64,000 bases of DNA from a virus (lineage: Duplodnaviria; Heunggongvirae; Uroviricota; Caudoviricetes), in IMG/VR virus record IMGVR_UViG_3300031088_000793; one strand, 5' to 3'. A program made the position numbers and the translations under genes. Below, in pieces: positions 45,957 to 55,857 of the stretch (position 1 is its first letter; each line of letters begins with the position of its first letter). Below the pieces are notes generated by a model. The model was given only the letters and a program-made list of their open reading frames with translations, searched no databases and was not told the DNA's origin.

Positions 45957-46451
45957 TCAGAAAACAGGGAGCTGAACGGGAGCCTCTTCGGTCCAGAGGA
46001 GCTTGCCCTGAGCCCAGCTCATGAGCACCGAGGGCGACTTCCTCGACCAGTCATCGAAGCGGATGTCCACCGCGGGATAGATCCCGGCCCGTGCCTCGAG
46101 CTCCGCGAAGAATCCGGGGAGCTCCACGAAGAGCTGCCGGATGTTGGCGGGGGAGAAGCCGAAGCCGTCGATGAGGAGCTCCTCGAAGTCCTGGCGTCCC
46201 CGAGGGGAATCATCGGGAGACCCCTCGAAGAACAGCACCGTGCTGAGGAAGTCGAACTCCTGAAGCAGATCCTCTGCCTCCGCTCGAAGCGCCGGCCGCA
46301 GGATGCTCCGCTTCAGCGTGTAGCCGAGCTTCTCAGCTAGAGCCTCTAGAGCTTCCTGCTCACCGAGGCCGGGCTCAGGGTAGCGGTAGGGCTCTCGGCT
46401 CAGGGAGATCGAGCCTGAGAAGTCGTAGTGGGACTGGAGGCTGGTAGCCAT
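45957..46451 (-). CDS. hypothetical protein
   Basis: 164 aa, coding-like codon usage. Confidence 0.7.
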   Translation of the reverse strand: MATSLQSHYDFSGSISLSREPYRYPEPGLGEQEALEALAEKLGYTLKRSILRPALRAEAEDLLQEFDFLSTVLFFEGSPDDSPRGRQDFEELLIDGFGFSPANIRQLFVELPGFFAELEARAGIYPAVDIRFDDWSRKSPSVLMSWAQGKLLWTEEAPVQLPVF

Positions 46452-46596
46452 GGTATCTCTCGAATTTCGCTGGAAGTTGGAATAGCTGAATGCAGAGCTG
46501 TTGGAGCTGGAGAAACTGTAGCTAAGGCGCCGGGGAGCGAGCTTCGCACGACCCGCCCGCCCGGCGCGCTTCGGCGCTCAGAGCGCAGGCTCCGGG

Positions 46597-47475
46597 CTAC
46601 CTGGGCCGATGGGGATTCACGGGCTCAGGGCCCCGGTGGATTCTGCCCTGGATGTCAACCGAGCCGGTGGTCAGGTGGACTCGAGTGGCCTGAGCTCCTT
46701 GGTCCCAGCCCTCGGCTCGGAGCTCAGCCTCCCGGGCGGCGACGAGCTCAGCCGCAGCCTGGAGCTCAGCCCGGTCCTCAGCGATGCGCTGATCCTCGGC
46801 CGCGATGCGCTCCTGCTCCTCAGCCTGGTGGGCGCTGGCCTCCTCGATCCGGGCTTCCCTCTCCTCGAGCTCGGCTCGCTGCTCACTGATGAGCCCATGG
46901 ATCTCGGCGGGGGTGGACTGAAGGAGCTGGCGGACATCGAAGACCAGCCCGCTCGGCGAACCGTGAGCGGAGAGATCCGCGTAGGCCTGGGCGACGAGGA
47001 AGCGCAGCGATTCGAGCTCAGCCCTGGAGTCAGTGGGGTAGTCCTCGGCCTCCAGGGAGTGACCAGCCGCAGGGTACTCCTCCACGGAGAGGTGGTCAGT
47101 GGGGGAGAGGGGCTCGCCGAGCTGAGCCGCTGCCTCGAGGAACTCGTCGACGGTCTGAAGTCCGCTGACGATCTCGCTGGACTTGGTCAGATCGATCTTC
47201 TTCTCTCGGGGATCGAGGATCTGGACGCTGGAGACCCAGTCCCAGTGCAGCGCTCTGCGCTCAGATGCCTGAACCGTCCAGCCCAGCTGGTAGCTGTAGC
47301 ACTCATCCACTCGATCACCGTTGGAGGGAGTGTAGCTCTTGGGATCCCTGCCCTGAGGCACATAGATCGGGTAGTTCTCCCCGTCGAAGCTGTCGTAGGC
47401 CACGAGCATGTGGGAGTACTTGCCGGTGTTGCCCTCCTCGAAGGCAGTGCGGATGTCGGTTGTGTTCCAGGTCAC
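46597..47475 (-). CDS. hypothetical protein with C-terminal coiled coil
   Basis: GAGGAG RBS; SHMLVAYDSFD..NYPIYV N-terminal domain. Confidence 0.75.
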   Translation of the reverse strand: MTWNTTDIRTAFEEGNTGKYSHMLVAYDSFDGENYPIYVPQGRDPKSYTPSNGDRVDECYSYQLGWTVQASERRALHWDWVSSVQILDPREKKIDLTKSSEIVSGLQTVDEFLEAAAQLGEPLSPTDHLSVEEYPAAGHSLEAEDYPTDSRAELESLRFLVAQAYADLSAHGSPSGLVFDVRQLLQSTPAEIHGLISEQRAELEEREARIEEASAHQAEEQERIAAEDQRIAEDRAELQAAAELVAAREAELRAEGWDQGAQATRVHLTTGSVDIQGRIHRGPEPVNPHRPR

Positions 47476-47531
47476 TGGATTCTCCTCTGTGCTGTGTTCA
47501 TGGGCGGGTGGAGCTAAGCTCTGTGCGGATG

Positions 47532-47921
47532 CTACCTGTGAATGGCCAGACTCTGACGGATCGAGTCCGTGATGGTGCCGAGGTGCTTCAGCATGTCGCG
47601 GTTGCCCCTCGGTTCGAGCTTCTCCTGGAGCTTGCTGAGCACATCCAGAGTGGCCTCGAGCTTCCCGTCGAAGTCCAGTCCGTAGCCCTGCTGCTCATCC
47701 TGAAAGACGAGGCGCCGGTAGGGGCCGTAGCGCTCCGGCTCGCTGAGGATCCGGGAGAGGCCGTAGAACTTGCCGTCAGCCTTGAGCTCACAGAGGAAGG
47801 CGCCGCCCGGAGTCTGAGGATCGGCGAGGTAGTAGCCCGGAATCCGAGGGAGGTCCTGGAGGAGCTTCTCCTGAGCTCGCTCCACTTCAGCCAGCTTGCT
47901 CGCATCTGTGAACTCGATCAT
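47532..47921 (-). CDS. hypothetical protein (ELKADGKF paralog 1)
   Basis: G.Y...PQT...ELKADGKF...ERY.PY.RL shared with the next gene. Confidence 0.75.
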   Translation of the reverse strand: MIEFTDASKLAEVERAQEKLLQDLPRIPGYYLADPQTPGGAFLCELKADGKFYGLSRILSEPERYGPYRRLVFQDEQQGYGLDFDGKLEATLDVLSKLQEKLEPRGNRDMLKHLGTITDSIRQSLAIHR

Positions 47922-48289
47922 TCTGTCTCCAGGATCACGGCCGTGAAGAGCTCGAGGAAGAAACGAGCGCTGTCCAGCTGAGGACGAGTGAGCTCTCCGC
48001 TGTCGATGAGCACATTGATGATCTCATCTGCTGCCCTGATCTTCGTCAGAGGCGCCAGCATATCGATGTCCTGCTCGCTCCTGCGAAGAAGACGCTCGTA
48101 GGGCGCGTAGCGCTCCACATTGTTCAGAGTCCCCGGTCCGGTGTGGAACTTCCCATCGGCCTTGAGCTCGACGAGCACGGGGGTGCCGGTCTGAGGATTG
48201 GTGCCCGCGTAGAAGCCGAGCTCGGTGGGGAGCGCTACTGTCTTGGGGAGAGTGCCCTCGGGAAGGCTCTCGGGCTCGAACTGAATCAC
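47918..48289 (-). CDS. hypothetical protein (ELKADGKF paralog 2)
   Basis: As above. Confidence 0.75.
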   Translation of the reverse strand: MIQFEPESLPEGTLPKTVALPTELGFYAGTNPQTGTPVLVELKADGKFHTGPGTLNNVERYAPYERLLRRSEQDIDMLAPLTKIRAADEIINVLIDSGELTRPQLDSARFFLELFTAVILETE

Positions 48290-48291
48290 GG

Positions 48292-48993
48292 TCAGCTCCC
48301 TTCGGCTTCGGCTGAGCTGGAGCTTCGCCGGCTGTGGCTCCGCGGGTCCGGTCGGTTCTTCTCGAAGAGCTCCCGGATGTACTGTCCGTCGAGGTAGCGG
48401 CCGTAGGCCTGGACGGGGTGGGTGAACCTCAGGCTACCCGTGCGGTCGAAGAGCTGGATCTGCTGGATGGGCTTGGAGTAGCCCGTGACCTTCACCGTGA
48501 GAGGCCCCGCGGAGGTCATCACGACCTCCTCGTAGAAGTCGTTCGGTCGCTCCTCCTCGAACAGCCCTGACCCTCCAGGGAGCGCAGCCACCGTGGCCGG
48601 AGTCTTGACCTTGACGCTCCGGAGCTCATCGGCGAAGGCTCGAGCCTCAGCGACGCCGGGAGCGTCTCGAGTGAGGAAGCCGGAGTCCTTCTGAAGCCTC
48701 GCAGCGTGGGTCTCCAGGGCGATGGCGCCGATCTCTTCCCGGGTCTCGAAGGGCTTGTGGTCGTGGTTCTGAGTGGTGAAGTCTCGAGCCTCGAGGATCA
48801 GCAGCGCGGTCTGGAGCGCAGTGCGCTGAGTCTCGTTGCCGGGGTTGTAGCGGTAGAGGAGCGCGGTGAGCACCTCGGCGAGGTCGGAGGTCGAGAGCCC
48901 CGTGCGACCCGGAGAGTCCAGAGTGATGGACTCGACGGGCTTGGGCTCGCCGCCGGTCTGCTCGGGGGAAGCTGAAGTCAAATCTGCTGTCAT
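48292..48993 (-). CDS. hypothetical protein, leaderless
   Basis: TTGCGA-17-TAGGAT-6-ATG (49000-49028). Confidence 0.75.
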   Translation of the reverse strand: MTADLTSASPEQTGGEPKPVESITLDSPGRTGLSTSDLAEVLTALLYRYNPGNETQRTALQTALLILEARDFTTQNHDHKPFETREEIGAIALETHAARLQKDSGFLTRDAPGVAEARAFADELRSVKVKTPATVAALPGGSGLFEEERPNDFYEEVVMTSAGPLTVKVTGYSKPIQQIQLFDRTGSLRFTHPVQAYGRYLDGQYIRELFEKNRPDPRSHSRRSSSSAEAEGS

Positions 48994-49049
48994 AGTGTCA
49001 TCCTATACCTCTGGAGCTGCCTTCGCAACCGGACCCGATCCTCCGGGGC

Positions 49050-49331
49050 TCAGTAGCGCTTGAGCTGCCCCTTGTAGACCAGCTCCTTGCCCATGCAGTA
49101 GCTGATGAGCGCTCCGGTCTGAACGAGGCTGAAGCTCACTATTGCGGGAACGGTGACGCCTGCGAGGAAGGTACCCAGGGCTGTGCCGCCGATGAGGAGC
49201 ACTGCTCCCGTGATGGCGTAGCCGACGAAGCTCAGCACGCCGGTGATGGTCACCGCCATGGCGATGATGTGGGCCCTCATGAGCCCAGTGCCCCGGCGGA
49301 AGATGGAGAGGAGGTACTTGAGCGTTGCCAT
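49050..49331 (-). CDS. membrane protein
   Basis: Start refined to MATLKY; hydrophobic. Confidence 0.65.
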   Translation of the reverse strand: MATLKYLLSIFRRGTGLMRAHIIAMAVTITGVLSFVGYAITGAVLLIGGTALGTFLAGVTVPAIVSFSLVQTGALISYCMGKELVYKGQLKRY

Positions 49332-49360
49332 GGTCAGATTTCTCTCTGTGGATGGAGCGC

Positions 49361-49657
49361 TCAGCGAGCGACGGGAAGGGTGGTGGAGCCGGAGGTGCGA
49401 GTGGCCGATGCCTGAGCCCGGTAGCTCTCGATCTCCCGGGGAGTGGGCTTCCGGAGCATGGAGCGAGCGACAGCGAAGCACAGCACTGCGAGGATCAGGA
49501 GGAAGATCGCGGTGAGCAGGGCGGGGACGAGGGCCATCGGGCCGAGGCCGCCGCTGATCCAGAGGGGCGCCGCGAGGAGATTGAGGATCCCCACGGCCAG
49601 AGCAAAGTAGCCGATCCGCGTGGTGGAGCGGGGCCGGGTCGAAGTTGAGCGAGCCAT
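49361..49657 (-). CDS. two-TM membrane protein
   Basis: Start refined to MARSTS (GAAGGA RBS). Confidence 0.65.
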   Translation of the reverse strand: MARSTSTRPRSTTRIGYFALAVGILNLLAAPLWISGGLGPMALVPALLTAIFLLILAVLCFAVARSMLRKPTPREIESYRAQASATRTSGSTTLPVAR

Positions 49658-49709
49658 GGGATCCTTCTCTCTATCTGTGTTCAAGATGTAGCTGAAGCTT
49701 CGGAGCTGG

Positions 49710-49943
49710 TCAGTCCCGGAAGAATGTTGTGCCGACGACCCAGAACCCACCGGCAATGAAGCTGGCGAAGAACAGCTCGGCGAGGATGCCCCAGAACAGG
49801 CTGTAGATCTCGGTGAAGTAGAAGAGGCTGAATACGAACATGAAGACAGCAGCGAGCGCGCTGAGAGCGCAGAAGCCGGCGATGAAGTAGTCACCCCCGT
49901 CGAGGCGGCGAAGGCGGCGACGGAAGTTGCTGTTGGCGTTCAT
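49710..49943 (-). CDS. two-TM membrane protein, leaderless
   Basis: TTGACA-17-TAGCAT-6-ATG (49950-49978). Confidence 0.75.
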   Translation of the reverse strand: MNANSNFRRRLRRLDGGDYFIAGFCALSALAAVFMFVFSLFYFTEIYSLFWGILAELFFASFIAGGFWVVGTTFFRD

Positions 49944-50006
49944 GGGACAATGCTATGTCCTGAGCAGTGAGCTGTCAACGGGCTGTATGGATCTGCCCGG
50001 AGAGGC

Positions 50007-50480
50007 TCAGTTGCTGTTGGAGTTCGTGGGGAAGACCAATCCCATGATCCCGAGGTAGGTCAGCACCGTCGCCAGCCAGCCGCCCTCGGCCATGAAGCTG
50101 TTGAGCTCGGGATGCTCCGCGAAGTAGCCCATCACCAGGGAGGTGAGCCCCACGCTTGCGCAGATCCAGAAGAGCCAGACCAGTCGGTAGCCGACCACGA
50201 GGCTTCCGAGAGAGACCTCCCTGCGGCCGATGGAGAAGAGGGATCCGAGGGCCAAGATGGCCAGGGCATCGAGCCACCTGAAGAGGAAGCTGACCAGACC
50301 CGCGACGATGGCCAGGAGGATGAAGGCCACGATCCAGGCGAGGAAGTTCCCCGTAGAGAAGAAGCCTGAGCCATCGCCGATGAAGTTGATGGCCGCCTCG
50401 GTGAGCTGGACGAGCCAGAAGATCTCGATGATGATGAGCACCACCATGATGAGAAGCATGAGCAAGCCGACGATGGCCAC
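50007..50480 (-). CDS. multi-TM membrane protein
   Basis: 4-5 hydrophobic helices; promoter TTGACA-17-TAGGAT at 50523-50551. Confidence 0.75.
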   Translation of the reverse strand: MAIVGLLMLLIMVVLIIIEIFWLVQLTEAAINFIGDGSGFFSTGNFLAWIVAFILLAIVAGLVSFLFRWLDALAILALGSLFSIGRREVSLGSLVVGYRLVWLFWICASVGLTSLVMGYFAEHPELNSFMAEGGWLATVLTYLGIMGLVFPTNSNSN

Positions 50481-50572
50481 GGGGATTCCTTAGGGGTAGC
50501 TGAAGCGGGGTGGTGTAGCGCTATCCTATGTCCCAGCCAGACTGCTGTCAACTGTGGATGATGGCCGGACGC

Positions 50573-50884
50573 TCAGGCCGCCTTGAGCTCCGGGCTGATG
50601 AGCTCACCGGTGGGGCGGATGCGAGCCTTGAACCTCATGCAGTTGGGTCGAGGATCGGTCTCGAGATAGAGCTCACAGGCAGCCTCGGTGCCGGTGAAGA
50701 GGACCCTGGAGTGCCCGGTGGCGGGCTCCCAGAGGTCGGCGAGGTAGACCTCGTACTCAGCCTCGGAGGGCGACTTGGGCTCGAAGCGCGCACGAGCGGC
50801 CTCAGCGTCGAAGCTCCGGTGGGCTGGCTGCAGCTCACCCTGGAGGGGATTGAGCCGGTCGAAGATCTCTCTGAGCGATGCCAT
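50573..50884 (-). CDS. hypothetical protein, leaderless
   Basis: TTGACT-18-TAGGAT-6-ATG (50891-50920). Confidence 0.75.
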   Translation of the reverse strand: MASLREIFDRLNPLQGELQPAHRSFDAEAARARFEPKSPSEAEYEVYLADLWEPATGHSRVLFTGTEAACELYLETDPRPNCMRFKARIRPTGELISPELKAA

Positions 50885-50921
50885 GGTGCTATCCTATGCC
50901 GTAAGCTGCGAAAAAGTCAAT

Positions 50922-50957
50922 GCTCCGGGGTTGATCCACAAAGATCAACCCCGGAGC
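50922..50957. terminator. 15-bp hairpin
   Basis: GCTCCGGGGTTGATC-cacaaa-GATCAACCCCGGAGC. Confidence 0.7.
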
Positions 50958-50978
50958 GTTGCCGGAGAGGCTGGAGGT

Positions 50979-51218
50979 TCAGGCGGTCAGGGCGACGAGC
51001 TTCGAGAGGACGCGCTCGGCATGGGCCTTCTCGGCCGAGGTGAAGAAGTCCCGGTCACCCTTGAGGATGAGCCGGCGCTCCATGCTGGCGAAGAAGTGGG
51101 TGGCTTCCTTGTCGCCGCCCAGGGTGACTCGGAAGTTTCCGAGGATGCGGTTCTTGGGGGCCTTGGCATCGACCTTGGCGTCGGTGCTCGTGAAGATGGA
51201 GGTGATGGGAGTGGTCAT
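50979..51218 (-). CDS. small basic protein, leaderless
   Basis: TTGCCC-17-TAGGTT-7-ATG (51226-51254). Confidence 0.75.
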   Translation of the reverse strand: MTTPITSIFTSTDAKVDAKAPKNRILGNFRVTLGGDKEATHFFASMERRLILKGDRDFFTSAEKAHAERVLSKLVALTA

Positions 51219-51423
51219 GGAGCTGAACCTATCACAGCCAAAGGCTCTGGGCAATAGTCAGATTCGCACCCTATGTCTTCTACGCGGCCGCGGTTGCGCG
51301 CGGGAGGAGATGGGTGTATTGTTCTACTCGTGGGCAACACCACAACCCACCGGGTCCAACTGGATCCGATGCAACAGCAGCGTTACTGAACGGCTGCCCA
51401 AAACAACAGGAAGAAGCAAGACC

Positions 51424-51774
51424 ATGAACACCACAGACACCACTCTCGTCGGAGCAGGAACCCTCACAGCTGCTGACATCGCTGCGCTCCAGATTCCGAA
51501 GCCGGGCACCGTGACCTTCAACCGGGCTCGCCGGGAGATCACCAAGGCTACGCCGGCCGCTGAGAAGGCGCTGATCCTCCGGGCTCGCGCTCGGGCCAAG
51601 GAGTACTACATCGCCGCCATCCTCAAGACCATGGGCACCGACCGCCTCTATGTGTGGATGCACATCTTCGGCTTCGAGCCCACCGAGGAGACGCTCCTCT
51701 TCCGCCGGACCTGGGACGACAACCGTCTCTGGGAGGACACCACCTTCCAGAAGCGCGACCTCGAAGCGCTCTGA
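51424..51774 (+). CDS. hypothetical protein (AK.YYIAA paralog 1)
   Basis: Start refined to MNTTDT; paralog of 52410..52724. Confidence 0.75.
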   Translation: MNTTDTTLVGAGTLTAADIAALQIPKPGTVTFNRARREITKATPAAEKALILRARARAKEYYIAAILKTMGTDRLYVWMHIFGFEPTEETLLFRRTWDDNRLWEDTTFQKRDLEAL

Positions 51775-51923
51775 GCTCAGCCCCCACTGAACCCCGTCGA
51801 AGCCCAGGAAGACCGTCTTCGAGTTTTTCAGCATTCCTCGCTTTTCAGTGCGCACAGCCAGGCCTGAAATAGCCCTCCGAGCCGCAGTTGTGTTCTCCCT
51901 CGCCGTGGGTGTATGGTTGACCT

Positions 51924-52361
51924 ATGACCATCACCGCCCACCGCAGCAACGCTGAGCCCATCAGGGTTCTCCGCAAGCGCCACAGATACTTCGTGAGCAT
52001 GCCCGGCGAAAAGCGACTTGTCCTGACTCGCAGCCAGGCCGTCGCCCTCCACGGAGAGCTTCAGCTCATCGAGGATGTCCACTTCGAGTGGATCGGAAAG
52101 GCCTTCGACCTTGCGATCAGCGACGGTGAGGGTCCCGTCGAGCAGGATCCCCTCTACGCCACCTCGATCTTCGAGCGCGGGCACAGCGGCGACGACCTTC
52201 AGATGCTCCAGGCCTGGCTCGCTGACAGGCTCTACGGCACGATGTTCCAGGACGACAACCCCTACTACGGCCATGTGGCCTTCCTCAAGCGAATCCGAAG
52301 GGACTCCCTGAGCTGGATGGGCGAGTCCGACGCTGAGTCCGAAGCCCAGGGCTCCAACTAG
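51924..52361 (+). CDS. hypothetical protein, leaderless
   Basis: TTGTGT-18-TATGGT-6-ATG. Confidence 0.7.
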   Translation: MTITAHRSNAEPIRVLRKRHRYFVSMPGEKRLVLTRSQAVALHGELQLIEDVHFEWIGKAFDLAISDGEGPVEQDPLYATSIFERGHSGDDLQMLQAWLADRLYGTMFQDDNPYYGHVAFLKRIRRDSLSWMGESDAESEAQGSN

Positions 52362-52409
52362 ATCCACTGACAGCTGTCCCCAGTTCGAGCAAGAGGAAGA
52401 CACGGAACC

Positions 52410-52724
52410 ATGGCCAACACCTCCGAAGACAGTCCCATCCTGAAGCCCAGCCCGCTGACCTTCCACTACTCCAGGCTGGAGCTCAACTCCCAGACTCCGG
52501 AGGAGCTCCGAGAGCTGATCCTCCGAGCGCGCTCACAGGCCAAGGACTACTACATCGCCGCCGTGCTCAGGATCATGGGGCTCAAGGAGCTCAACATCTC
52601 CCTGGCGATCTGGGGCTTCGAGCCCCACTGGGACACGCTCACTCTCCGGCAGACTCCGTTCTACGGCCAGCCCTTCCCGATGTCTGAGACCACCTTCATC
52701 AAGAGCGAACTCGAAGCGCTCTGA
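52410..52724 (+). CDS. hypothetical protein (AK.YYIAA paralog 2)
   Basis: LILRAR..AK.YYIAA.L..MG, GFEP, TTF.K..LEAL. Confidence 0.75.
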   Translation: MANTSEDSPILKPSPLTFHYSRLELNSQTPEELRELILRARSQAKDYYIAAVLRIMGLKELNISLAIWGFEPHWDTLTLRQTPFYGQPFPMSETTFIKSELEAL

Positions 52725-52752
52725 GCTCAGCTCTGCCCGTGGCCGCACACGG

Positions 52753-52793
52753 AGGGCGCCGAAGCTACTGAAACTGCAGCTTCGGCGCCCTTT
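52753..52793. terminator. hairpin between convergent genes
   Basis: AGGGCGCCGAAGCT...AGCTTCGGCGCCCT followed by TT. Confidence 0.7.
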
Positions 52794-52817
52794 CGCGCAG
52801 TCGGAGGAGTTCCTTGC

Positions 52818-53156
52818 TCAGAAGCTTGCTGAGAGGACCTTCACATAGCCCGTGGGTGTGGGCTCATCGAGCGCAGCGTCGAGGATTCCCTCGGAGGGCC
52901 AGCGCTCGAGACCTACGATCTCCTCGGGAACGAGCTCGGCTGCGACTCCGAGCTCAGTGAGCCTCAGCTCCAGTGCTGCTACGAGCTCATCTCCCTCGGG
53001 TACTGCTTCGGGATCTTCCTCGAGATCGAGGATAGCCTCGACCAGAGGCCGATCAGTGTCGGGGCCAGCGATGGCCTCGGCGAACTCCCGGACGCTGTTG
53101 ACGCCCGTTCCTGCTACAGCTCCGCCTTCGACGGGTTCCCATACCTCTGTTGCCAT
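52818..53156 (-). CDS. acidic hypothetical protein
   Basis: Start refined to MATEVW. Confidence 0.65.
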   Translation of the reverse strand: MATEVWEPVEGGAVAGTGVNSVREFAEAIAGPDTDRPLVEAILDLEEDPEAVPEGDELVAALELRLTELGVAAELVPEEIVGLERWPSEGILDAALDEPTPTGYVKVLSASF

Positions 53157-53212
53157 GGTGCTCTCCACTTCCTGTTGCTGACTGGACCTCCGGTCTCCGA
53201 TTGGAGCCGGAT

Positions 53213-53470
53213 TCATTTCTGCTTAGCCGATTGCTTCCTAGCATTGAGCTTTCGCTCTAGGATGCTCGAGGCGATGGCGCTAAGCGCCCAGATCCCCATG
53301 GCTACGAACCATCCGCGATTGAGCCCAGACTCCATGTCTGACCAGCCCAGAAGGAGGAAGATCAGCGCTGTGAGCGGAGCGAGCACTGAGATGAACTTCA
53401 AGATGACCACAGCTCTGTTGAGCCCAGAGCCATCGCCCTTGAGCCTGGTTGGAAGTCCGTCCTTGCTCAT
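53213..53470 (-). CDS. two-TM membrane protein
   Basis: Two hydrophobic helices; RBS. Confidence 0.65.
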   Translation of the reverse strand: MSKDGLPTRLKGDGSGLNRAVVILKFISVLAPLTALIFLLLGWSDMESGLNRGWFVAMGIWALSAIASSILERKLNARKQSAKQK

Positions 53471-53533
53471 TCCTTCTCCTCTGATCCTAGACTACTGTCA
53501 AGGTACACTATCGAGGCTTCGGGAAAGCTCCCG

Positions 53534-53562
53534 TTGACAGGCCCCAGTTCGATGGATAGGAT
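53534..53562 (+). promoter_or_regulatory. sigmaA-type leaderless promoter
   Basis: TTGACA-17-TAGGAT-6-ATG. Confidence 0.85.
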
Positions 53563-53568
53563 GGCCCC

Positions 53569-54036
53569 ATGACCAAGACCATCACTCCCAGCGCCGAAGA
53601 GCGCAAGAACATCGTCAACGGCGAGCACTACGACCAGTTCAGGGTCGTCGAGGAGTACGGGGAGGAGAGCTTCTACCCGGTCCGTCCGGGGATCGTCTCC
53701 ACCTACACCACCAACGAGTTCGGCTACCTCATCCAGAAGGCGGAGGAGGGCTTCCGCTGGATCGCCGTTGAGGCTGGCGAGACCGACGACTTCGGTCCCT
53801 ACTTCGCCACCCGCAAGGCTGCCATCCAGGATGCTCGCAGCAGCTGGCATGGCTACGGCGGCAAGGACAGCGCCTGGCCCTGGGCCATGGAGCTCGCCAA
53901 GGACTCCACCGCTCCGGAGCGCGTCGAGGCCGACGCCCTGATCGAGCTCATCAGCTCCGAGGTCGGCACCGAACTCTCCGCCGAGAAGACCGCCGCGCTG
54001 GCTGCCAAGATCGCCGAGCTGGTCAACGCTTCGTAG
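53569..54036 (+). CDS. family D protein (GYLI repeat domain) 1/7
   Basis: Y....GYLI....G.R.I...F.T...A...A...W. Confidence 0.8.
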   Translation: MTKTITPSAEERKNIVNGEHYDQFRVVEEYGEESFYPVRPGIVSTYTTNEFGYLIQKAEEGFRWIAVEAGETDDFGPYFATRKAAIQDARSSWHGYGGKDSAWPWAMELAKDSTAPERVEADALIELISSEVGTELSAEKTAALAAKIAELVNAS

Positions 54037-54064
54037 TTCCAGGCTCCACCAGCAGCTGAGCTCA

Positions 54065-54100
54065 GGCTCCGGCGCCCCCACTCTCGGGGCGCCGGAGCCT
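54065..54100 (+). terminator. hairpin terminator
   Basis: AGGCTCCGGCGCCCC...GGGGCGCCGGAGCCT followed by CTTT. Confidence 0.7.
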
Positions 54101-54135
54101 CTTTGATTGGGCTAGCTGGCAGAGAGGAACATCGG

Positions 54136-54164
54136 TTGACAGGCTGGCCCGGGCTGCATAGGAT
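54136..54164 (+). promoter_or_regulatory. sigmaA-type leaderless promoter
   Basis: TTGACA-17-TAGGAT-6-ATG. Confidence 0.85.
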
Positions 54165-54170
54165 GAACCC

Positions 54171-54881
54171 ATGCTATTCGTCTCCGAGGTAACCGGGTCC
54201 TCTGTCGAGCTTGCGAGGAAGCAGCCTCTCCCCGTTCAGTCCCCCTGGAACCGCCGGGCTGAGGTTAGCCTAACAGATCTTAGCGGCATCGCAGCAAGGG
54301 TCCATGGGAGTCGCATGAACATCTTCGCTGTCTACGGGGATAGGGACTTCGGCTACTTCCTTCAGAAGACACTCACGGGGAAGTACCGCTACCTCTACTA
54401 CGCTAACCCCAAGAGGGTTCTGAAGGGGCCTGTCCGAGACTCGGAGATCGGTGCGATGGCCACTGCGCTCACGGACTGCAAGAGCCGGGGCAGTAGCCAC
54501 TGGGACACTCACTGGGCTGACAGGCTCAGTCGCCAGTTCAAGAGGGCGGTTATCAGGAAGGAGGGAGGTCCTGCCGCTGAGGATCTCGAGAGCGCTTACG
54601 ACCAGGCACTGCGCTCCCCAAAGCTAACCGGAGCTGTCGTCACTAGCTACGGTGATGACGACCGGGGTATCCTCATCGAGAGCACCCCCGAGGGCTACGG
54701 AGCTGTGTTCTACCGGGAAGGCCATCGTCTCATCCTCAGCAGCCTGCGCTTCGCCACCAGGGAGTCCGCAGCTCTCGGCGCGCTGACCACCACTGGGATT
54801 GTCTACGGGGATTGGCTCAAGGCTAACCGAAAGACTGATTGGGCGAAGCGCCTCAGGGCAGACGCTAAGGGTAGACGCTAA
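54171..54881 (+). CDS. family D protein 2/7 (two repeats)
   Basis: YGDRDFGY... and YGDDDRGILI... Confidence 0.8.
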   Translation: MLFVSEVTGSSVELARKQPLPVQSPWNRRAEVSLTDLSGIAARVHGSRMNIFAVYGDRDFGYFLQKTLTGKYRYLYYANPKRVLKGPVRDSEIGAMATALTDCKSRGSSHWDTHWADRLSRQFKRAVIRKEGGPAAEDLESAYDQALRSPKLTGAVVTSYGDDDRGILIESTPEGYGAVFYREGHRLILSSLRFATRESAALGALTTTGIVYGDWLKANRKTDWAKRLRADAKGRR

Positions 54882-54956
54882 GGCGCACTGGAGCAAGCCT
54901 TCCGGCTCTGAGCTATTCAGTCCGGCGGCTCTCTTAGATCTGTTTCCTCCAGAGTG

Positions 54957-54985
54957 TTGACAGGCTGAGCGCCGAGTCGTAGTGT
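54957..54985 (+). promoter_or_regulatory. sigmaA-type leaderless promoter
   Basis: TTGACA-17-TAGTGT-6-ATG. Confidence 0.8.
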
Positions 54986-54991
54986 TTACCC

Positions 54992-55372
54992 ATGGACACC
55001 ACCACGAACGCTCCCGCCACCGTCGAGTCCGCTCAGACCACCTGGGCCGCCTTCACCCCCGTCTACCCCGTGCTCCCCGAGGCTCGCTACGAGGAGTTCT
55101 TCGAGACCGCGCCCCAGGGTACGCTGGTCGAGGTCTACGGCGACCTCTTCCTCCGCGGCTACGGCGTCGAGTGGCAGGAGCTGGAGCACATCCGCGAGGG
55201 CAACGAGTACTACGGCGCCGACCACAACGAGCAGACGCCGGCTCAGCTGATCTCCTGGGCATCCCTGCCCCGGGCTGAGGTCCGCATCCTGCGGGTCGGC
55301 CCGGCCGCTCGCACAGAGGTCCGCATCCTGCAGGTGAGCCGAGCTCCTCGCGCCGAGATCTCGGCTGGCTAA
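54992..55372 (+). CDS. family E protein 1/3
   Basis: W.A..P..P.L..A.Y.EFF.TA..GT...V..D.F.R. Confidence 0.8.
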   Translation: MDTTTNAPATVESAQTTWAAFTPVYPVLPEARYEEFFETAPQGTLVEVYGDLFLRGYGVEWQELEHIREGNEYYGADHNEQTPAQLISWASLPRAEVRILRVGPAARTEVRILQVSRAPRAEISAG

Positions 55373-55479
55373 GAGCTAGCCGATCACTCTGAAGGGCTCC
55401 GGCTCTCCCCACCCGGGAGTTTTCGGAGCCCTTCCCGTTGGCGCAGGAGGCTCAGAGGGGCACTCGGTACCATGGATCC

Positions 55480-55788
55480 ATGGCTACCTCTAAGAACTTC
55501 ACTACCCACGACCGCTCGCAGCGCTGGCGCGCTCTAGCGCCGACTAACCCCACGCTACCTCCAGCTGACTACGAGGATTTCTTCGCCACAGCTGGAGCAG
55601 GTACTCTAGTCAAGGTCTGGGACTTCCTCTACAGCCGCAACTACGACGGCAGCTGGAGCAATCTCAACTCGATCATCCAGAGCTACGGCGAGGACGACTA
55701 CGCCTCCTACGAGAGACAGTCGTTCGAGTCCATGGCGAAGTGGGCTCTCCAGGACTTCCGAGGCGTCACGGTGCTCCTGCTCAAATGA
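55480..55788 (+). CDS. family E protein 2/3, leaderless
   Basis: Start refined to MATSKN (TACCAT-6-ATG). Confidence 0.8.
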   Translation: MATSKNFTTHDRSQRWRALAPTNPTLPPADYEDFFATAGAGTLVKVWDFLYSRNYDGSWSNLNSIIQSYGEDDYASYERQSFESMAKWALQDFRGVTVLLLK

Positions 55789-55800
55789 GCTGCTGATTCG

Positions 55801-55841
55801 AAGCTCAGGCTCCGACTTTCCCGGAAGGTTCGGAGCCTGAG
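55801..55841 (+). repeat. repeated terminator-like hairpin, copy 1
   Basis: AAGCTCAGGCTCCGACTT.CC..G.AGGTTCGGAGCCTGAG. Confidence 0.8.
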
Positions 55842-55857
55842 TTCTTTTCCCGCACCG

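Noticed and set aside
55280-55335. Duplicated GAGGTCCGCATCCTGC at the end of 54992..55372
   Set aside because: A local in-frame micro-duplication (EVRIL twice) with no sign of a wider system.
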